A program made the position numbers and the translations under genes. Shown in pieces: positions 1 to 9,733 of a DNA stretch of 64,000 nt. Positions within the stretch are counted from its first letter, which is position 1. Each line of letters starts with the position of its first letter. A model generated the notes under the pieces. It saw only the letters and a program-made list of their open reading frames with translations. It made no database searches and was not told where the DNA came from. The DNA is from a virus, in the IMG/VR virus record IMGVR_UViG_3300025133_000022, positions 1 through 64,000 of that record. The stretch is one strand, 5' to 3'.

Positions 1-850
1 GATAAATAATATTAGCGTTACGCCCACGCATGGTACCACCACCAGAACCATCGGCTTTGGTGGCAACACCAGAGACGAAGCCGTTAATTACAGCTCCATT
101 ATCCATATCCATATGAAAGTACGGGGTCTTAACATAATAAGACCCACCTGACGCGGTCTTGATTCGTTTACTCAATTCGTAAGCTTCTTTACGCTTAAGT
201 AGTTTCTCCATCTCGTCAAAAATATTAAGCAGCTGAGACTGAAATGGAGTAACAACCATAATCTCTGGACCGGTCATAATCTTCTCGCCAGTCTTTTTAT
301 CGGTGCCGCGCTGTACCTCTCGATTGTACGCCAGGTACAGTAGCTTCAATGCAATAATAAAAGTTTTACCACTACGACGACCTTCCCTGATGACTAATTT
401 TTCACTAGTACACCGAAGCTGTTCTTTCTGATATGAACGCAAATTCCATGTAGGGTCCGCATCGTCAAAACCGAACATCAAGGTCGCCCAAGCAACTGGG
501 TCTATGGTACTTTTAAGCAGCAACTGGGCCCGTTCTGGGTCCATGTTGTTTTCTACAATCATTTTTCGCAGAGTGCCAGCACTGCCAGGAGGTAGGCTTT
601 TTGCAATACCTTTGCAGGGCACTTTGAATTCGTTGATAATGTTACCATCATCATCTCGTCTTCCTGCGTACTTTATCATTTGTCTTGCTTGGCAGTTGAT
701 GCAAGACCTGTGGACATCTGTACGAATTCCATACTTATTAGATAGCCAGTCTATGTCTTGGATATCTAATCGAGCGTCAGGATTTTGATATTCAATCCCA
801 TACTCATTTTTAACATAAAGTTTCTTCTTGATTTCAGTTAGATTCGGCAT
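1..850 (-). CDS. terL: Terminase large subunit, N-terminal ATPase part (partial, runs off left edge; absent from ORF track)
   Basis: Manual translation from ATG at 850 (MPNLTEIKK...) is open to the window edge. It contains LRSYQ (adenine-binding motif), REGRRSGKT (Walker A), IMVVTPFQSQ and RGRNANIIY leading into Walker B. Confidence 0.9.
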   Translation of the reverse strand, partial: MPNLTEIKKKLYVKNEYGIEYQNPDARLDIQDIDWLSNKYGIRTDVHRSCINCQARQMIKYAGRRDDDGNIINEFKVPCKGIAKSLPPGSAGTLRKMIVENNMDPERAQLLLKSTIDPVAWATLMFGFDDADPTWNLRSYQKEQLRCTSEKLVIREGRRSGKTFIIALKLLYLAYNREVQRGTDKKTGEKIMTGPEIMVVTPFQSQLLNIFDEMEKLLKRKEAYELSKRIKTASGGSYYVKTPYFHMDMDNGAVINGFVSGVATKADGSGGGTMRGRNANIIY

Positions 851-1250
851 CCTGTGCGTTCCCCAAATAGACCACTGTGCAATTGCCTAGCTTCAAGAAC
901 GGGCGCACATGTGTCTTCCAAGCTTTAGCATTCACACCATGGGCGTCTTCGACAAGGTAAGCCTTTGAAGGAACTCTGTTTTTCGACCCACTTACTACAT
1001 GCAAGTTTTGTCCAGTTTCTAAATTAACACACTGCAAAGAGCCACCATTTTCAAACGAAACACGAACAAGTGGATTCGTTTGGGAAACTGAGACCTTGTC
1101 AAGATGATACGCGAGCTCCCTGACTAAAGCTCTGTCTAGCGCATCGAACCAAACACCAGAGCCAAACAAAATTAAATCTTGTTTCTCTTTGGCAGCTTCG
1201 TTGAGAAGCTGTGTTGCAAGCCTAAGTCTGCTCTCGTATAGCATAGCCAC
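834..1250 (-). CDS. Small protein resembling a degenerate terminase ATPase subdomain
   Basis: VSFENGGSLQCV, YLVEDAH and W..HVRPFL..VVYLG echo the terminase F.NGS / DEa / w..i.P.l pattern; no Walker A. Confidence 0.5.
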   Translation of the reverse strand: MAMLYESRLRLATQLLNEAAKEKQDLILFGSGVWFDALDRALVRELAYHLDKVSVSQTNPLVRVSFENGGSLQCVNLETGQNLHVVSGSKNRVPSKAYLVEDAHGVNAKAWKTHVRPFLKLGNCTVVYLGNAQDAESN

Positions 1251-1251
1251 C

Positions 1252-1575
1252 TCAAAACATACTAAAAATCAATCCTGCAATCCCGCTGGCGATAAGAGAC
1301 GCAACAGCTGAAGCAATTCCAATGTAAATTTTGGTACTCTGTTGCAGACTTATCATCTGTTTATCAAGATCGGCAGTACGAACTTCCAGAGCCTCACGTT
1401 TTCTTCTCTCAGCTTCCAGAGCATTTTCAAAATCTTGACGCATAACAGTCTCCCCCCTGAGATGAGATATCTCAAGACGAATATCATTCATGCTGTCTTT
1501 GACTTCGCTAAGCTCTGTTTGTAATAACAATTTGATCTCCGCAATAAGCTGGGCAGGTTGAATTTGATTACTCAT
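1252..1575 (-). CDS. Coiled-coil protein with C-terminal transmembrane helix (holin/XhlA-like topology)
   Basis: Likely start MSNQ at 1575; heptad region then IYIGIASAVASLIASGIAGLIFSMF. Confidence 0.55.
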   Translation of the reverse strand: MSNQIQPAQLIAEIKLLLQTELSEVKDSMNDIRLEISHLRGETVMRQDFENALEAERRKREALEVRTADLDKQMISLQQSTKIYIGIASAVASLIASGIAGLIFSMF

Positions 1576-1756
1576 CTTCCACCTCCTTTTCACAAACCGT
1601 ATGACAAGTGTACTCTATCATTATATTTTTCACAGCTCCGTTTTTAATAGAGTTTGTTTTGGGTTCTTGTATTACAAGAAGCTGAGAGGGTTTTTGCTCT
1701 GTGACCAACTCGTTAAGTTGGTCAAGAAGGAAGATCAACCTGCCTAATCTATTCAT
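1568..1756 (-). CDS. Hypothetical protein
   Basis: 62 aa, overlaps both neighbours in the operon. Confidence 0.6.
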   Translation of the reverse strand: MNRLGRLIFLLDQLNELVTEQKPSQLLVIQEPKTNSIKNGAVKNIMIEYTCHTVCEKEVEDE

Positions 1757-2661
1757 CTGTACCTACTGTGATAATTTTTACTGGGCATGTGCATAAAACC
1801 TGCCTCTTGCCCTAAGGCACTTCGTGCGTTTAAGTGTGATTTGTGCATTGCTTGCACAGCTCTGGAGCGCATAGTCATCGCATTCTGAGTCATAAAAGCT
1901 GCCATGCTACCACTGGTGTCAATACCACGCTGTCGTTGGCGATGCTGATACCCTTGTCGAAGAATGGCTGTGCTGCCTTTAACAACGGCAGCACTAGCAG
2001 CTGCCGTGACTCCAACAGCAGCCATGCCACCTGCAATTAGCGGATTGGTAGCTGCAAAACGCAAAGGCGCAGCTCCAATAAAACCACCAATAAAAGCACC
2101 AGGAGTACCTAAAGCTGCTTGACCAATGGAAGCTCCAATGCCAGCTCCAGCGAACCTAGCCATGCCGCCAATTATGCCTGCCCCACCACCAAATGCAATC
2201 CTAGCACCAGCAGTTTTTACTCCAGTTTGAGCAATCCTAGACATAAATCCAATGTTTGCGCTAGGACCACTTGTGCCTAACGCCCCATATGCAAACCGTG
2301 CTACAGCACTAGCTGTTGCCACTTCCCAAACCGCTGCATCCTTGGCACCAGTCCATCCACCTTCCTGACCGGCCGAGTAAACATTATAAAAACTAAAAGC
2401 CCCACCTGCTGCGCTTCCAAGCATGCGTCTTCCCACGCCTTTAGGAAACATCCTTCGGGCAATATCTGGCATAACTGTTGTAGGAGAAGCATCCAGAAGT
2501 GCATTGTACCCGTGCCACCTAACACCATTAGGTAAACCCTTTACAGGCTCAAAACCTCCAGCAAGCATACCTCCTGCCTGAGCGTAATTCCGAAACCCAC
2601 TTGCGTATGGATTGTTCCAGGTCTTTCCGATAGTATTTTTAAGTCCTTCCCACATTCTCAC
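1753..2661 (-). CDS. Gly/Ala-rich protein, probable internal virion or membrane-penetrating protein
   Basis: 302 aa with long GxxG/AxxA hydrophobic stretches, in the late operon. Confidence 0.55.
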   Translation of the reverse strand: MRMWEGLKNTIGKTWNNPYASGFRNYAQAGGMLAGGFEPVKGLPNGVRWHGYNALLDASPTTVMPDIARRMFPKGVGRRMLGSAAGGAFSFYNVYSAGQEGGWTGAKDAAVWEVATASAVARFAYGALGTSGPSANIGFMSRIAQTGVKTAGARIAFGGGAGIIGGMARFAGAGIGASIGQAALGTPGAFIGGFIGAAPLRFAATNPLIAGGMAAVGVTAAASAAVVKGSTAILRQGYQHRQRQRGIDTSGSMAAFMTQNAMTMRSRAVQAMHKSHLNARSALGQEAGFMHMPSKNYHSRYR

Positions 2662-5609
2662 ATCCTATGGTGGCCAATTGGGCTACTGCTACTTAGAGCC
2701 TGTAATGTTTTTCTTTGGTGAAGGGCCATCCGGGCCTTTCTTGCCCTAGAAAGAGCCTTTCCCGAACCATACTGTTTAAAAGCAGCTGATCGACGTTTGC
2801 TGTGAATCTGGTTGCTGGTACCAACAGTGTCAAGAGCCATAACGGCATCAAGACGACCGTATCCGTTTCTATGGCTAAGTTTATTACTGTTTTCATTACG
2901 TCCTTTTGTTCTGATGAAGCCAGCAAGATCTTGAAGCTGTTCCTGCATATAACTTGTGCTCGGGGTACTTGCAGCCGACATAATTTGTGGGCCAACATGG
3001 TCTGCCCCCACATTGTAACGACTACCTAGATCCGCAGCAAGTGCAGCCGAAGCTGGTGTAAACTGCCCTGATGTTTGGGCAGCATTCATTGCGCTTACCA
3101 TCATCATTGTTCCGGCGTTCTTCACAACAGATTCAGGATTGGCCAACTGGTTAAATGTCACTCTGTTTCCAGAAGCAGCTGTATGCTCATAAAAACTACG
3201 AGCCCATGGCTGGCTCCACATACCCCTGTTAGTCTGATAGGCTCTTGTTTCAGCTTCTTTTAGCGCAGCATAATTAATACTTGCGTATTGTGCCTTTCCA
3301 AAAGGCAAATGGCTAGCTATTCCTCTTTTCACAAGTTCGTAGTTAAGGTTTCGCCCATCAGCGTAAACAGCACCCAGTGCACGACCATATGTTATTTCGT
3401 TTGGGTTGAAGATTAAATCAATATCACTGGCGCCAGCAAGCATAGCTTGGAAAGCCTGCGTTGCTTGATTGGCAAATGGTTGTGCCGGTCTATCTCCGTG
3501 TGCAACTTCCGGAGAGTCAAGGCCAGCCAGTCGGAAACTATAAGACTTATTTAAACCAAAGAAATCTTGCAATGCACCTGTGAGCCCACCTCTGCGAATT
3601 GTTACAGTATCAGCATCGTCTGCCGTAAGTTTCCAGTTCCCATCTTTAATATTGATCTTTTTCAGATCTCCTCTCATGCCGTAATCAGCACCCGCAACTG
3701 TTTGTCCACTTTTTACAAAATCATAGCCACCACCAATAAATGGACTCCAGGTAGGCAGCGAAGGCACCTTGTTTTGATAGTGTTGTGCTCCGTACTGGAC
3801 ACGCAACCACTTCTCTCGCTCGCGGAGCATTTCTTGGTCGATGAAAACTTGCTGAACCCCAACAGGTCCACGGTATGGTGAACCAAAGTCAGTCATGCTA
3901 TGGCGTTGCTGTTTCGCAACGGCTCCCTCGGACATTCCCTCGATTTGCTGCCTGCTAACCCATTCGTCATAACCATAATGCAGAATGGATTCTGGGCGTG
4001 CAGGCTGTTGTTGAAACACGCTTGCCGTCGCTCCAATAGCTGACAATGCAGCAGCAGCGCCTGCAAATACGCCTGCACGCCCTCGTGCGGCCCTAACACC
4101 CATCTCCATAAGCTCAAGGCCAACACCAGCCTTCGGTCGCTGCAGGACCTTGCTTAAGCGTGCACTTGCACCGCCAACTTGAATTTGAGAATACTGGTTG
4201 CGCAACTGAGAAAGACGATCGTGTACATATCGATTAAGACCTTGCTCGTCCTGAGAGTGCTGACTCATGCGTTGCCAAAGCGCATCTAAATCAACCTGGT
4301 CGTAACGTCCCTCTGCACGCACGTGCCCAAGGACCTGATCCATTGTACTGTAATTTGTACGCGTACTTCTTGTGCGCCAAACCTGAGTAAACTGCCCTTT
4401 GGGTGTAAGTTGGCTTTGAGCGAAAGGCAAACCGCCTTGTCGCTGCTGAGTAAACCCTTGTTTTAAGATATCCTGCTGAGCGCGTTGCAGTCGTTTCAGA
4501 GCCTGCTCTTCCTGCAGGATCGGTGAGTGTTCTTCCAGAGCCTGGAAATACATACTGACTTGCCCTAAGACACCATCGCTACCTTCTTTCAAATATCTCT
4601 TACCTAGCTCAGTACCCTCTGCTACGTGTTGAAGAGCACTAGTAAGCTTTACCCCTCTTTCGAGAACATAGCTTTCATGAATAGCTACATCTTCTGCTGC
4701 ACGGTGAACTTCCCTCATTCCGATACGCTCGGTATTGCCCTCTGCAAGAGCGTGGAGCCTGTGAGAGATATCTACACCTGTACCAAGGTAGTTTAAGTCC
4801 TTCTCTGTGAAGCCAAGTTTCTTTCCGTACGAATGGAGTGCGCGCGTCACATCCTGAATATCACGAACTGCCGTCTCCCCCGCCTTGGGTTGGTTTTGCA
4901 GGTAAGCTTTCCAAACACCAGTCCAGTCTCCATTTGCTTGAGCACGAGTACGCGCACGAGTAACTTCTGAACCAGTTACGTAGAACGGGTCGGGGCTTTG
5001 CGGATTCCATGTCTCTAATCCGGACTTGAACTGCTCAGCAGCTTCGGGACCCAGCGCCCCAAGCTGTGCGCCAACTTGCTTGCTTTCAAAAACAGCATTG
5101 GCAATCCAAACGGTCTTGCCACTCATTACCTGCTTGAGAGTTCCAAGAGCATCTTCAACACCAACCTGTTTCCCCAGGTTGGCTTTTATGCCAAGTTTTT
5201 CAAACCTGGTAGTACGAGCAGCGTTTTGAGCATTTATCTCGGCTGATGACGCTCCTAGTAAGTGCGGGTAGTGCTGAATCATACTTGCAAGCCATGGCTG
5301 CTGCTCACGCAATAGCGCCATTGTCTGTCCACGAGGAACTGGTGCTCCTGCTTGCCTCTCGACTTGAGCATGAAGTGCGTGCATCCAGTTACTGTACTTG
5401 TGTGCAGTGTATTGGTCAGCCGATGTACTTGCCAGCTTGGTATGCTCTTGTGGCATAGTCTGGATGGTTACTGCATTTGGGTTCAGTACAAAACTTTGCA
5501 AGTTGCGCGACTGCACATCCATAAAAGCCAGCTCATGCATGCCGGCACCACGTTCGAGACCAAGGGTCTCAGTGTCAAGAATAATTGCACGACGAAGTAA
5601 TTCAGACAC
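2658..5609 (-). CDS. 983-aa fusion: N-terminal DEDDh (DnaQ-like) exonuclease and C-terminal thermonuclease (SNase) domain
   Basis: IILDTETLGL (ExoI), WIANAVFES (ExoII-like), HRAAEDV (ExoIII); DADT, RLAGLDSPE, QPFA.QA, YGR.LGAVYADG.NLN.ELVKRGIA, RGMW (SNase). GTG start with AGGAG RBS. Confidence 0.8.
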   Translation of the reverse strand: MSELLRRAIILDTETLGLERGAGMHELAFMDVQSRNLQSFVLNPNAVTIQTMPQEHTKLASTSADQYTAHKYSNWMHALHAQVERQAGAPVPRGQTMALLREQQPWLASMIQHYPHLLGASSAEINAQNAARTTRFEKLGIKANLGKQVGVEDALGTLKQVMSGKTVWIANAVFESKQVGAQLGALGPEAAEQFKSGLETWNPQSPDPFYVTGSEVTRARTRAQANGDWTGVWKAYLQNQPKAGETAVRDIQDVTRALHSYGKKLGFTEKDLNYLGTGVDISHRLHALAEGNTERIGMREVHRAAEDVAIHESYVLERGVKLTSALQHVAEGTELGKRYLKEGSDGVLGQVSMYFQALEEHSPILQEEQALKRLQRAQQDILKQGFTQQRQGGLPFAQSQLTPKGQFTQVWRTRSTRTNYSTMDQVLGHVRAEGRYDQVDLDALWQRMSQHSQDEQGLNRYVHDRLSQLRNQYSQIQVGGASARLSKVLQRPKAGVGLELMEMGVRAARGRAGVFAGAAAALSAIGATASVFQQQPARPESILHYGYDEWVSRQQIEGMSEGAVAKQQRHSMTDFGSPYRGPVGVQQVFIDQEMLREREKWLRVQYGAQHYQNKVPSLPTWSPFIGGGYDFVKSGQTVAGADYGMRGDLKKINIKDGNWKLTADDADTVTIRRGGLTGALQDFFGLNKSYSFRLAGLDSPEVAHGDRPAQPFANQATQAFQAMLAGASDIDLIFNPNEITYGRALGAVYADGRNLNYELVKRGIASHLPFGKAQYASINYAALKEAETRAYQTNRGMWSQPWARSFYEHTAASGNRVTFNQLANPESVVKNAGTMMMVSAMNAAQTSGQFTPASAALAADLGSRYNVGADHVGPQIMSAASTPSTSYMQEQLQDLAGFIRTKGRNENSNKLSHRNGYGRLDAVMALDTVGTSNQIHSKRRSAAFKQYGSGKALSRARKARMALHQRKTLQALSSSSPIGHHRM

Positions 5610-5680
5610 CTGTACTCCTAGTCAAATCCCATATACAAAGAAAGGAGCCATACGGCTCCTCGTGAACAGTAAGCAACCTG

Positions 5681-6448
5681 TTAGTCGTCTAACATAATAG
5701 CCCGATCTTCATCAGGAACACCAGTTAGGCTAGACCGAGCCGCTTCTTCAAGATATTTACGGACAGCTAAAATCTCTTTTAGGACGTTGCTGTCTTCGCG
5801 CTGTCCACCAGTCTGAAATTCGTGTTTGGCTTTAGCAGCACGTGTTTCCATAAGGCGCTCAAGAAGTCGTTCGCGCCTGCGCTCAAGTCTATCAAGCACT
5901 TCAAAAACAGGGTGAAGTTGTGTGCTGAACACCTCGTATGTAGCGTCCCCAGCTTCCTTGACGTCTTTATCTTGACGAAGAAAGTCACGCCCTTCGCCAT
6001 CACGGTCACCTTCGCTAGTTATCATAAGTGCTCTGTTTTTATACATGTCGATGATAGCCAATTCGTTAACTAAGGCTAATTCAACAGGGTTGGCAGGATC
6101 AACTTCTAGGTGTTGGCAATACTCTATAATTTTTTGTCGCTGGTACATGGTCTCAAGCACACAAGGCATCATCATGGGGTAATTGCTGTCGGGACCATAG
6201 TCTCGTTTTTGTTTCTGTTTTACATCCGGAATAGGGCAGTGGTTTACAAACGGACAGCGCGAAGGCCCCTGGCACGTGAGTGGAGCAACTGTGTGCAGGC
6301 CATGGCGCATACGATTGAGAGAGTTGGTAATGCGCTGACGTTTTTCCGGAGCCATACGCTGCAGGAAATCCATATAGGCGCTTTCCTCTTCCTGAAGCCC
6401 CTGAAGTAATGCTTGCTGCTTCTCCTGTATTTCCTGCTTCTTGCTCAT
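5681..6448 (-). CDS. Hypothetical protein with Cys cluster and coiled coil (possible terminase small subunit)
   Basis: CQGPSRCPFVNHC...PC motif and C-terminal helices; located upstream in the terminase operon. Confidence 0.45.
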   Translation of the reverse strand: MSKKQEIQEKQQALLQGLQEEESAYMDFLQRMAPEKRQRITNSLNRMRHGLHTVAPLTCQGPSRCPFVNHCPIPDVKQKQKRDYGPDSNYPMMMPCVLETMYQRQKIIEYCQHLEVDPANPVELALVNELAIIDMYKNRALMITSEGDRDGEGRDFLRQDKDVKEAGDATYEVFSTQLHPVFEVLDRLERRRERLLERLMETRAAKAKHEFQTGGQREDSNVLKEILAVRKYLEEAARSSLTGVPDEDRAIMLDD

Positions 6449-6777
6449 CTTAGGCTCAACTCCACAGTAGGTGCCTCAATTCCAAAATCGGAAACATCAC
6501 CAGCCTTTAGGTGAGAGCTGGCGTCAAACAGTTCCTGAGTCTGCAGAGCCTGCTGGAGTGCATCGCCTAGCTGGGCACGATGGCGTAAATCCATCTGTTC
6601 GCTCTGAAGGACAAGTACGCGCTCTAGCAGCGCGTCTGCTGCCTGGGCATCAGTAGCTGGCCAAATAGTATCTTCAGTCTCCCAGAACCAGCCTTTATTG
6701 TAACTAAGTGTAGGGTTGACTGGTTGGCCTTGTGCCTCAAATTCAAGGGCTTGGATTTCAGTTGCTGGAATTTTCAT
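6445..6777 (-). CDS. Hypothetical protein
   Basis: Probable start MKIPATE at 6777, overlapping the upstream stop. Confidence 0.6.
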   Translation of the reverse strand: MKIPATEIQALEFEAQGQPVNPTLSYNKGWFWETEDTIWPATDAQAADALLERVLVLQSEQMDLRHRAQLGDALQQALQTQELFDASSHLKAGDVSDFGIEAPTVELSLR

Positions 6778-7003
6778 CAAGTAGGTCCTCTGCTTCATAG
6801 GGATTGAAGTCTTGTAGTAGTGTGCTGCGGGCGCTGCATACGATCTCGCACTGTACGCCAACTACACTGAGAAGTGCTTCGCACTCGCCGTCTGTAGTGG
6901 CCATGAAGTTAATCATCTGTACGCCCAGAATGGGCTCGCCGGTACTGGCGTTGATGACCTTGGTGCCATCGGCAGTCCCATCGCTAATGATTTTAAGTTT
7001 CAT
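6758..7003 (-). CDS. Hypothetical protein
   Basis: 81 aa, beta-rich, co-oriented. Confidence 0.65.
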   Translation of the reverse strand: MKLKIISDGTADGTKVINASTGEPILGVQMINFMATTDGECEALLSVVGVQCEIVCSARSTLLQDFNPYEAEDLLDENSSN

Positions 7004-7262
7004 TGAGTAATTTTAAAATTTGGGAAAGTTTGGGTGGAACGGGCTCAAGAGTCTTGAGAAATTTAAGTAATTCCTGTTGCTCGTTATCTACGTAGTATAA
7101 CTTAATACAGGCTTTACCGTATCGGCAGTGACGCCCTCGGGGGCTACTGTCAACGAAAAACTTATACCTATAACTGTGGAAACTCATGAAAACATCATGG
7201 CCGTAGCGGCGGTGAAGTCCATGAAGTAGATTGGATAATTCGTACATACGGTCATGCTGCAT
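6993..7262 (-). CDS. Hypothetical protein
   Basis: Probable ATG at 7262; first gene of the leftward unit. Confidence 0.5.
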   Translation of the reverse strand: MQHDRMYELSNLLHGLHRRYGHDVFMSFHSYRYKFFVDSSPRGRHCRYGKACIKLYYVDNEQQELLKFLKTLEPVPPKLSQILKLLNET

Positions 7263-7570
7263 ACTGGTAGTATAAACGCCTACGTGTACAGGGCAACCAA
7301 ATGAAATGAAAATTTCAAACACAGGAAAAGAATTGAGTGAAATGAAAATTTCGGGAACAGAAGAGTAAAAACACATACAGGACTGCAGTACCTGGTTTAT
7401 TTAAGGCAGTGTAGGTAGGGTCCCTTTGTGTTCGGAGCCCACCCCGGTCTAAGTATGAGACCATTTCCTTCTTTTTTACGCACGTGGGCAATGTTGCCCA
7501 TGTGTACATACCGGAGGGACACATGTGTGATCCAGAGCGGGGAGATATATTCGACATGTAAGTCGGGTAT

Positions 7571-7617
7571 GGGAGAGCGCAAGCTCTCCCCTCCTTTTTA
7601 TGGCGTGCTGAAGCCAT
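7571..7617 (+). promoter_or_regulatory. Early cassette element (hairpin, pyrimidine tract, ATGGC..GCCAT hairpin)
   Basis: GGGAGAGC-GCAA-GCTCTCCC CTCCTTTTT ATGGC-GTGCTGAA-GCCAT. Confidence 0.6.
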
Positions 7618-8300
7618 GTGTACTGTGAGTACATGTGGTGAGCGTCGGCTGAGAAGCCTTAAGTCCTGATTACTGTGTGGTGTGTAGGCAACCAGCAGTA
7701 AGCTCTCTCCCTACACAACAATGACCCGGTATGGGGATACTCACAAAGGGCACAACCGCAAGATGTAAGACATCTGCATGTGCCTGGCAATACATACCTG
7801 CTTATGCTCCTGCAAGGAAGGAGTTAGTGAGCCCGCCACTAGGATGCGGGAGGTGACAGTACCACCGATGTACGTTAGTCAGCCTGCGACTAGGATGCAG
7901 GATAGTGTAGCCCCTACTAGGACAGGGGATGTATGAGGGAAGGTGGGGACTGCCCACGGATACCTCTGGTGTGTTGCTCACCCAGGACTGGAGCTGTACG
8001 TATGCCTAGTGCATGCGTATAGTGGCCGGATGCAACTGCTTAGGCCACTATAAGGAAGTGGTAGGTAATCTGCACCTGAAAGCAGGGACGATAGCGCTCG
8101 TACAAGCGCTAGTACACAGGTACGACCTAGTAGGACATGGGCTCAGGTAGGTAGGCATGCCTACACTGAGATGGCACTGCTACTAGGTAACATGCAAGGA
8201 TAACAGTACGTCCTATACGTGCTCGCTGTGGGGTGAGATGCCCACATGTACACACTGTACAACCCGTGCACTTAAGCACATAGATGTCCTGGAGGACACC

Positions 8301-8873
8301 ATGACCAGCAACACAATCATCGAGATCGTCAGTACATTCACCACATACCTGAACACAGGTATCGCATTCATGCTAGCTACCCTAGTAGCGCTTGTGTGTG
8401 CAGGCATCGCAGAGAAGATCATGCACGCACAGAAGACGGCACAGTACAAGGCCCCCTCTGAGGAAGAGGTCTGTGAGGAAGAGGTCATCGCCTGCATAGG
8501 CCTGGAGAGCATCAGCGCTGAGGAGTACATGGACATGGAAGATGCCTCGGTGGTGGTAGTAGAGACCGCCTATCTGACCCTGGTGGATGAGCCCGTGTAC
8601 TCTGATGAGGAGTACATGGCTGAGGAAGACGCTCAGGTAGAAGAGCAGGAGATCACGCTCGAGCAGAACATGGACATGGTAGTGTGGACAGTGAGTCGGA
8701 AGATCCTGTCTGCGGTCAAGTTCGTCAAGGCTCTGGTAGAAGCACCTGCTCGTATAGCCAAGCTGGAGCAGGAGATCGCCGAGCTGAAGCAGAACAACTT
8801 CGACTTTGACTTTGACTTCTATGCTGACGTGAGTGAAGATGAGGGCGTCGAGCAGTACAGGCGCCAAGCGTAA
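8301..8873 (+). CDS. Acidic early protein with one TM helix
   Basis: GGAGG RBS before ATG 8301; TM IAFMLATLVALVCAGIA; Glu-rich body. Confidence 0.75.
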   Translation: MTSNTIIEIVSTFTTYLNTGIAFMLATLVALVCAGIAEKIMHAQKTAQYKAPSEEEVCEEEVIACIGLESISAEEYMDMEDASVVVVETAYLTLVDEPVYSDEEYMAEEDAQVEEQEITLEQNMDMVVWTVSRKILSAVKFVKALVEAPARIAKLEQEIAELKQNNFDFDFDFYADVSEDEGVEQYRRQA

Positions 8874-8881
8874 GGGCATTT

Positions 8882-8920
8882 GAAAGGCAGCCCACTGGAG
8901 GCTACCTTTCTTTTATGGCC
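8882..8920 (+). promoter_or_regulatory. Early cassette element
   Basis: GAAAGGCAGCC-CACTGGA-GGCTACCTTTC TTTT ATGGC. Confidence 0.6.
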
Positions 8921-8969
8921 TCACAAGGATATGCATTTCGCATGTTCGGGCCATACCAAAGGAAGCACA

Positions 8970-9653
8970 ATGCGCACCATCACCATGACCGACGCCGTTC
9001 TCGCCCTCATCACCGACGATGCAGACAGGGAGTTGATGTCTAGCATGAAGGACAGCGAAGCCCCTGAGGACATCATCAAGGATATGCTGACTGAGGGGTC
9101 CTACAGCCGCCTGTTCGCAGGCAACAACCATGCAGTCGCAGAGCTGCATATCACTGACAACAACAACGCTCAGGAGAGCACCATGATCGAGACCAAGACC
9201 ACCAAGACCGCCACCCTGTCCTACATGGGCATAAGCTTCGAGATCACTACCAAGATGGACAAGGCATTCGCTGACAAGACAATCACGGCTGAGGACTTCC
9301 CAAACCTGTCCAAGGGCATGCTGCTACAGATCGCTACCTGGCAGAACGAGCACGTCAACGCTCAGGACGTGGAGACCCCTGTGGCGGAGACCCTCACCCC
9401 TCGGCAGATGTTGAGCAAAGCTTACAACGCCCAGCTCTCGGCCAAGCAGAAGACCTGGCTGCGTGCCAACAACCGCTACAAGGGCATCCACTTCGAAGAC
9501 ATGGGAAAGGGTCGCTTCAAGATCCGGTTCGCCAACTTCAGCACCAAGAGCAAGAAAACCCTGGAAGGCGTGTTCCAGAAGGCTGCTGATGCCAACAACT
9601 GGTACTGCAAGGTGCAGGCATCGCACGTGTACATCAACATGCACCTCGGCTAG
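8970..9653 (+). CDS. Hypothetical early protein
   Basis: AAGGAAG RBS, ATG 8970, strong C/G-ending codon bias. Confidence 0.8.
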   Translation: MRTITMTDAVLALITDDADRELMSSMKDSEAPEDIIKDMLTEGSYSRLFAGNNHAVAELHITDNNNAQESTMIETKTTKTATLSYMGISFEITTKMDKAFADKTITAEDFPNLSKGMLLQIATWQNEHVNAQDVETPVAETLTPRQMLSKAYNAQLSAKQKTWLRANNRYKGIHFEDMGKGRFKIRFANFSTKSKKTLEGVFQKAADANNWYCKVQASHVYINMHLG

Positions 9654-9665
9654 TAGCTGAACATT

Positions 9666-9733
9666 GAAAGGGCACCCACAGGAGGTGCCCTTTTTCTATG
9701 GACACTCAAGTCCATGCCTTGGAGGGCATTATG
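9666..9733 (+). promoter_or_regulatory. Early cassette element
   Basis: GAAAGGGCACC-CACAGGA-GGTGCCCTTT TTCT ATGGAC..GTCCAT, then RBS hairpin. Confidence 0.6.

Noticed and set aside
8225-8240. TGTGGGGTGAGA as a sixth class II element
   Set aside because: The motif matches, but the upstream hairpin does not give the 8-nt loop-to-motif spacing.
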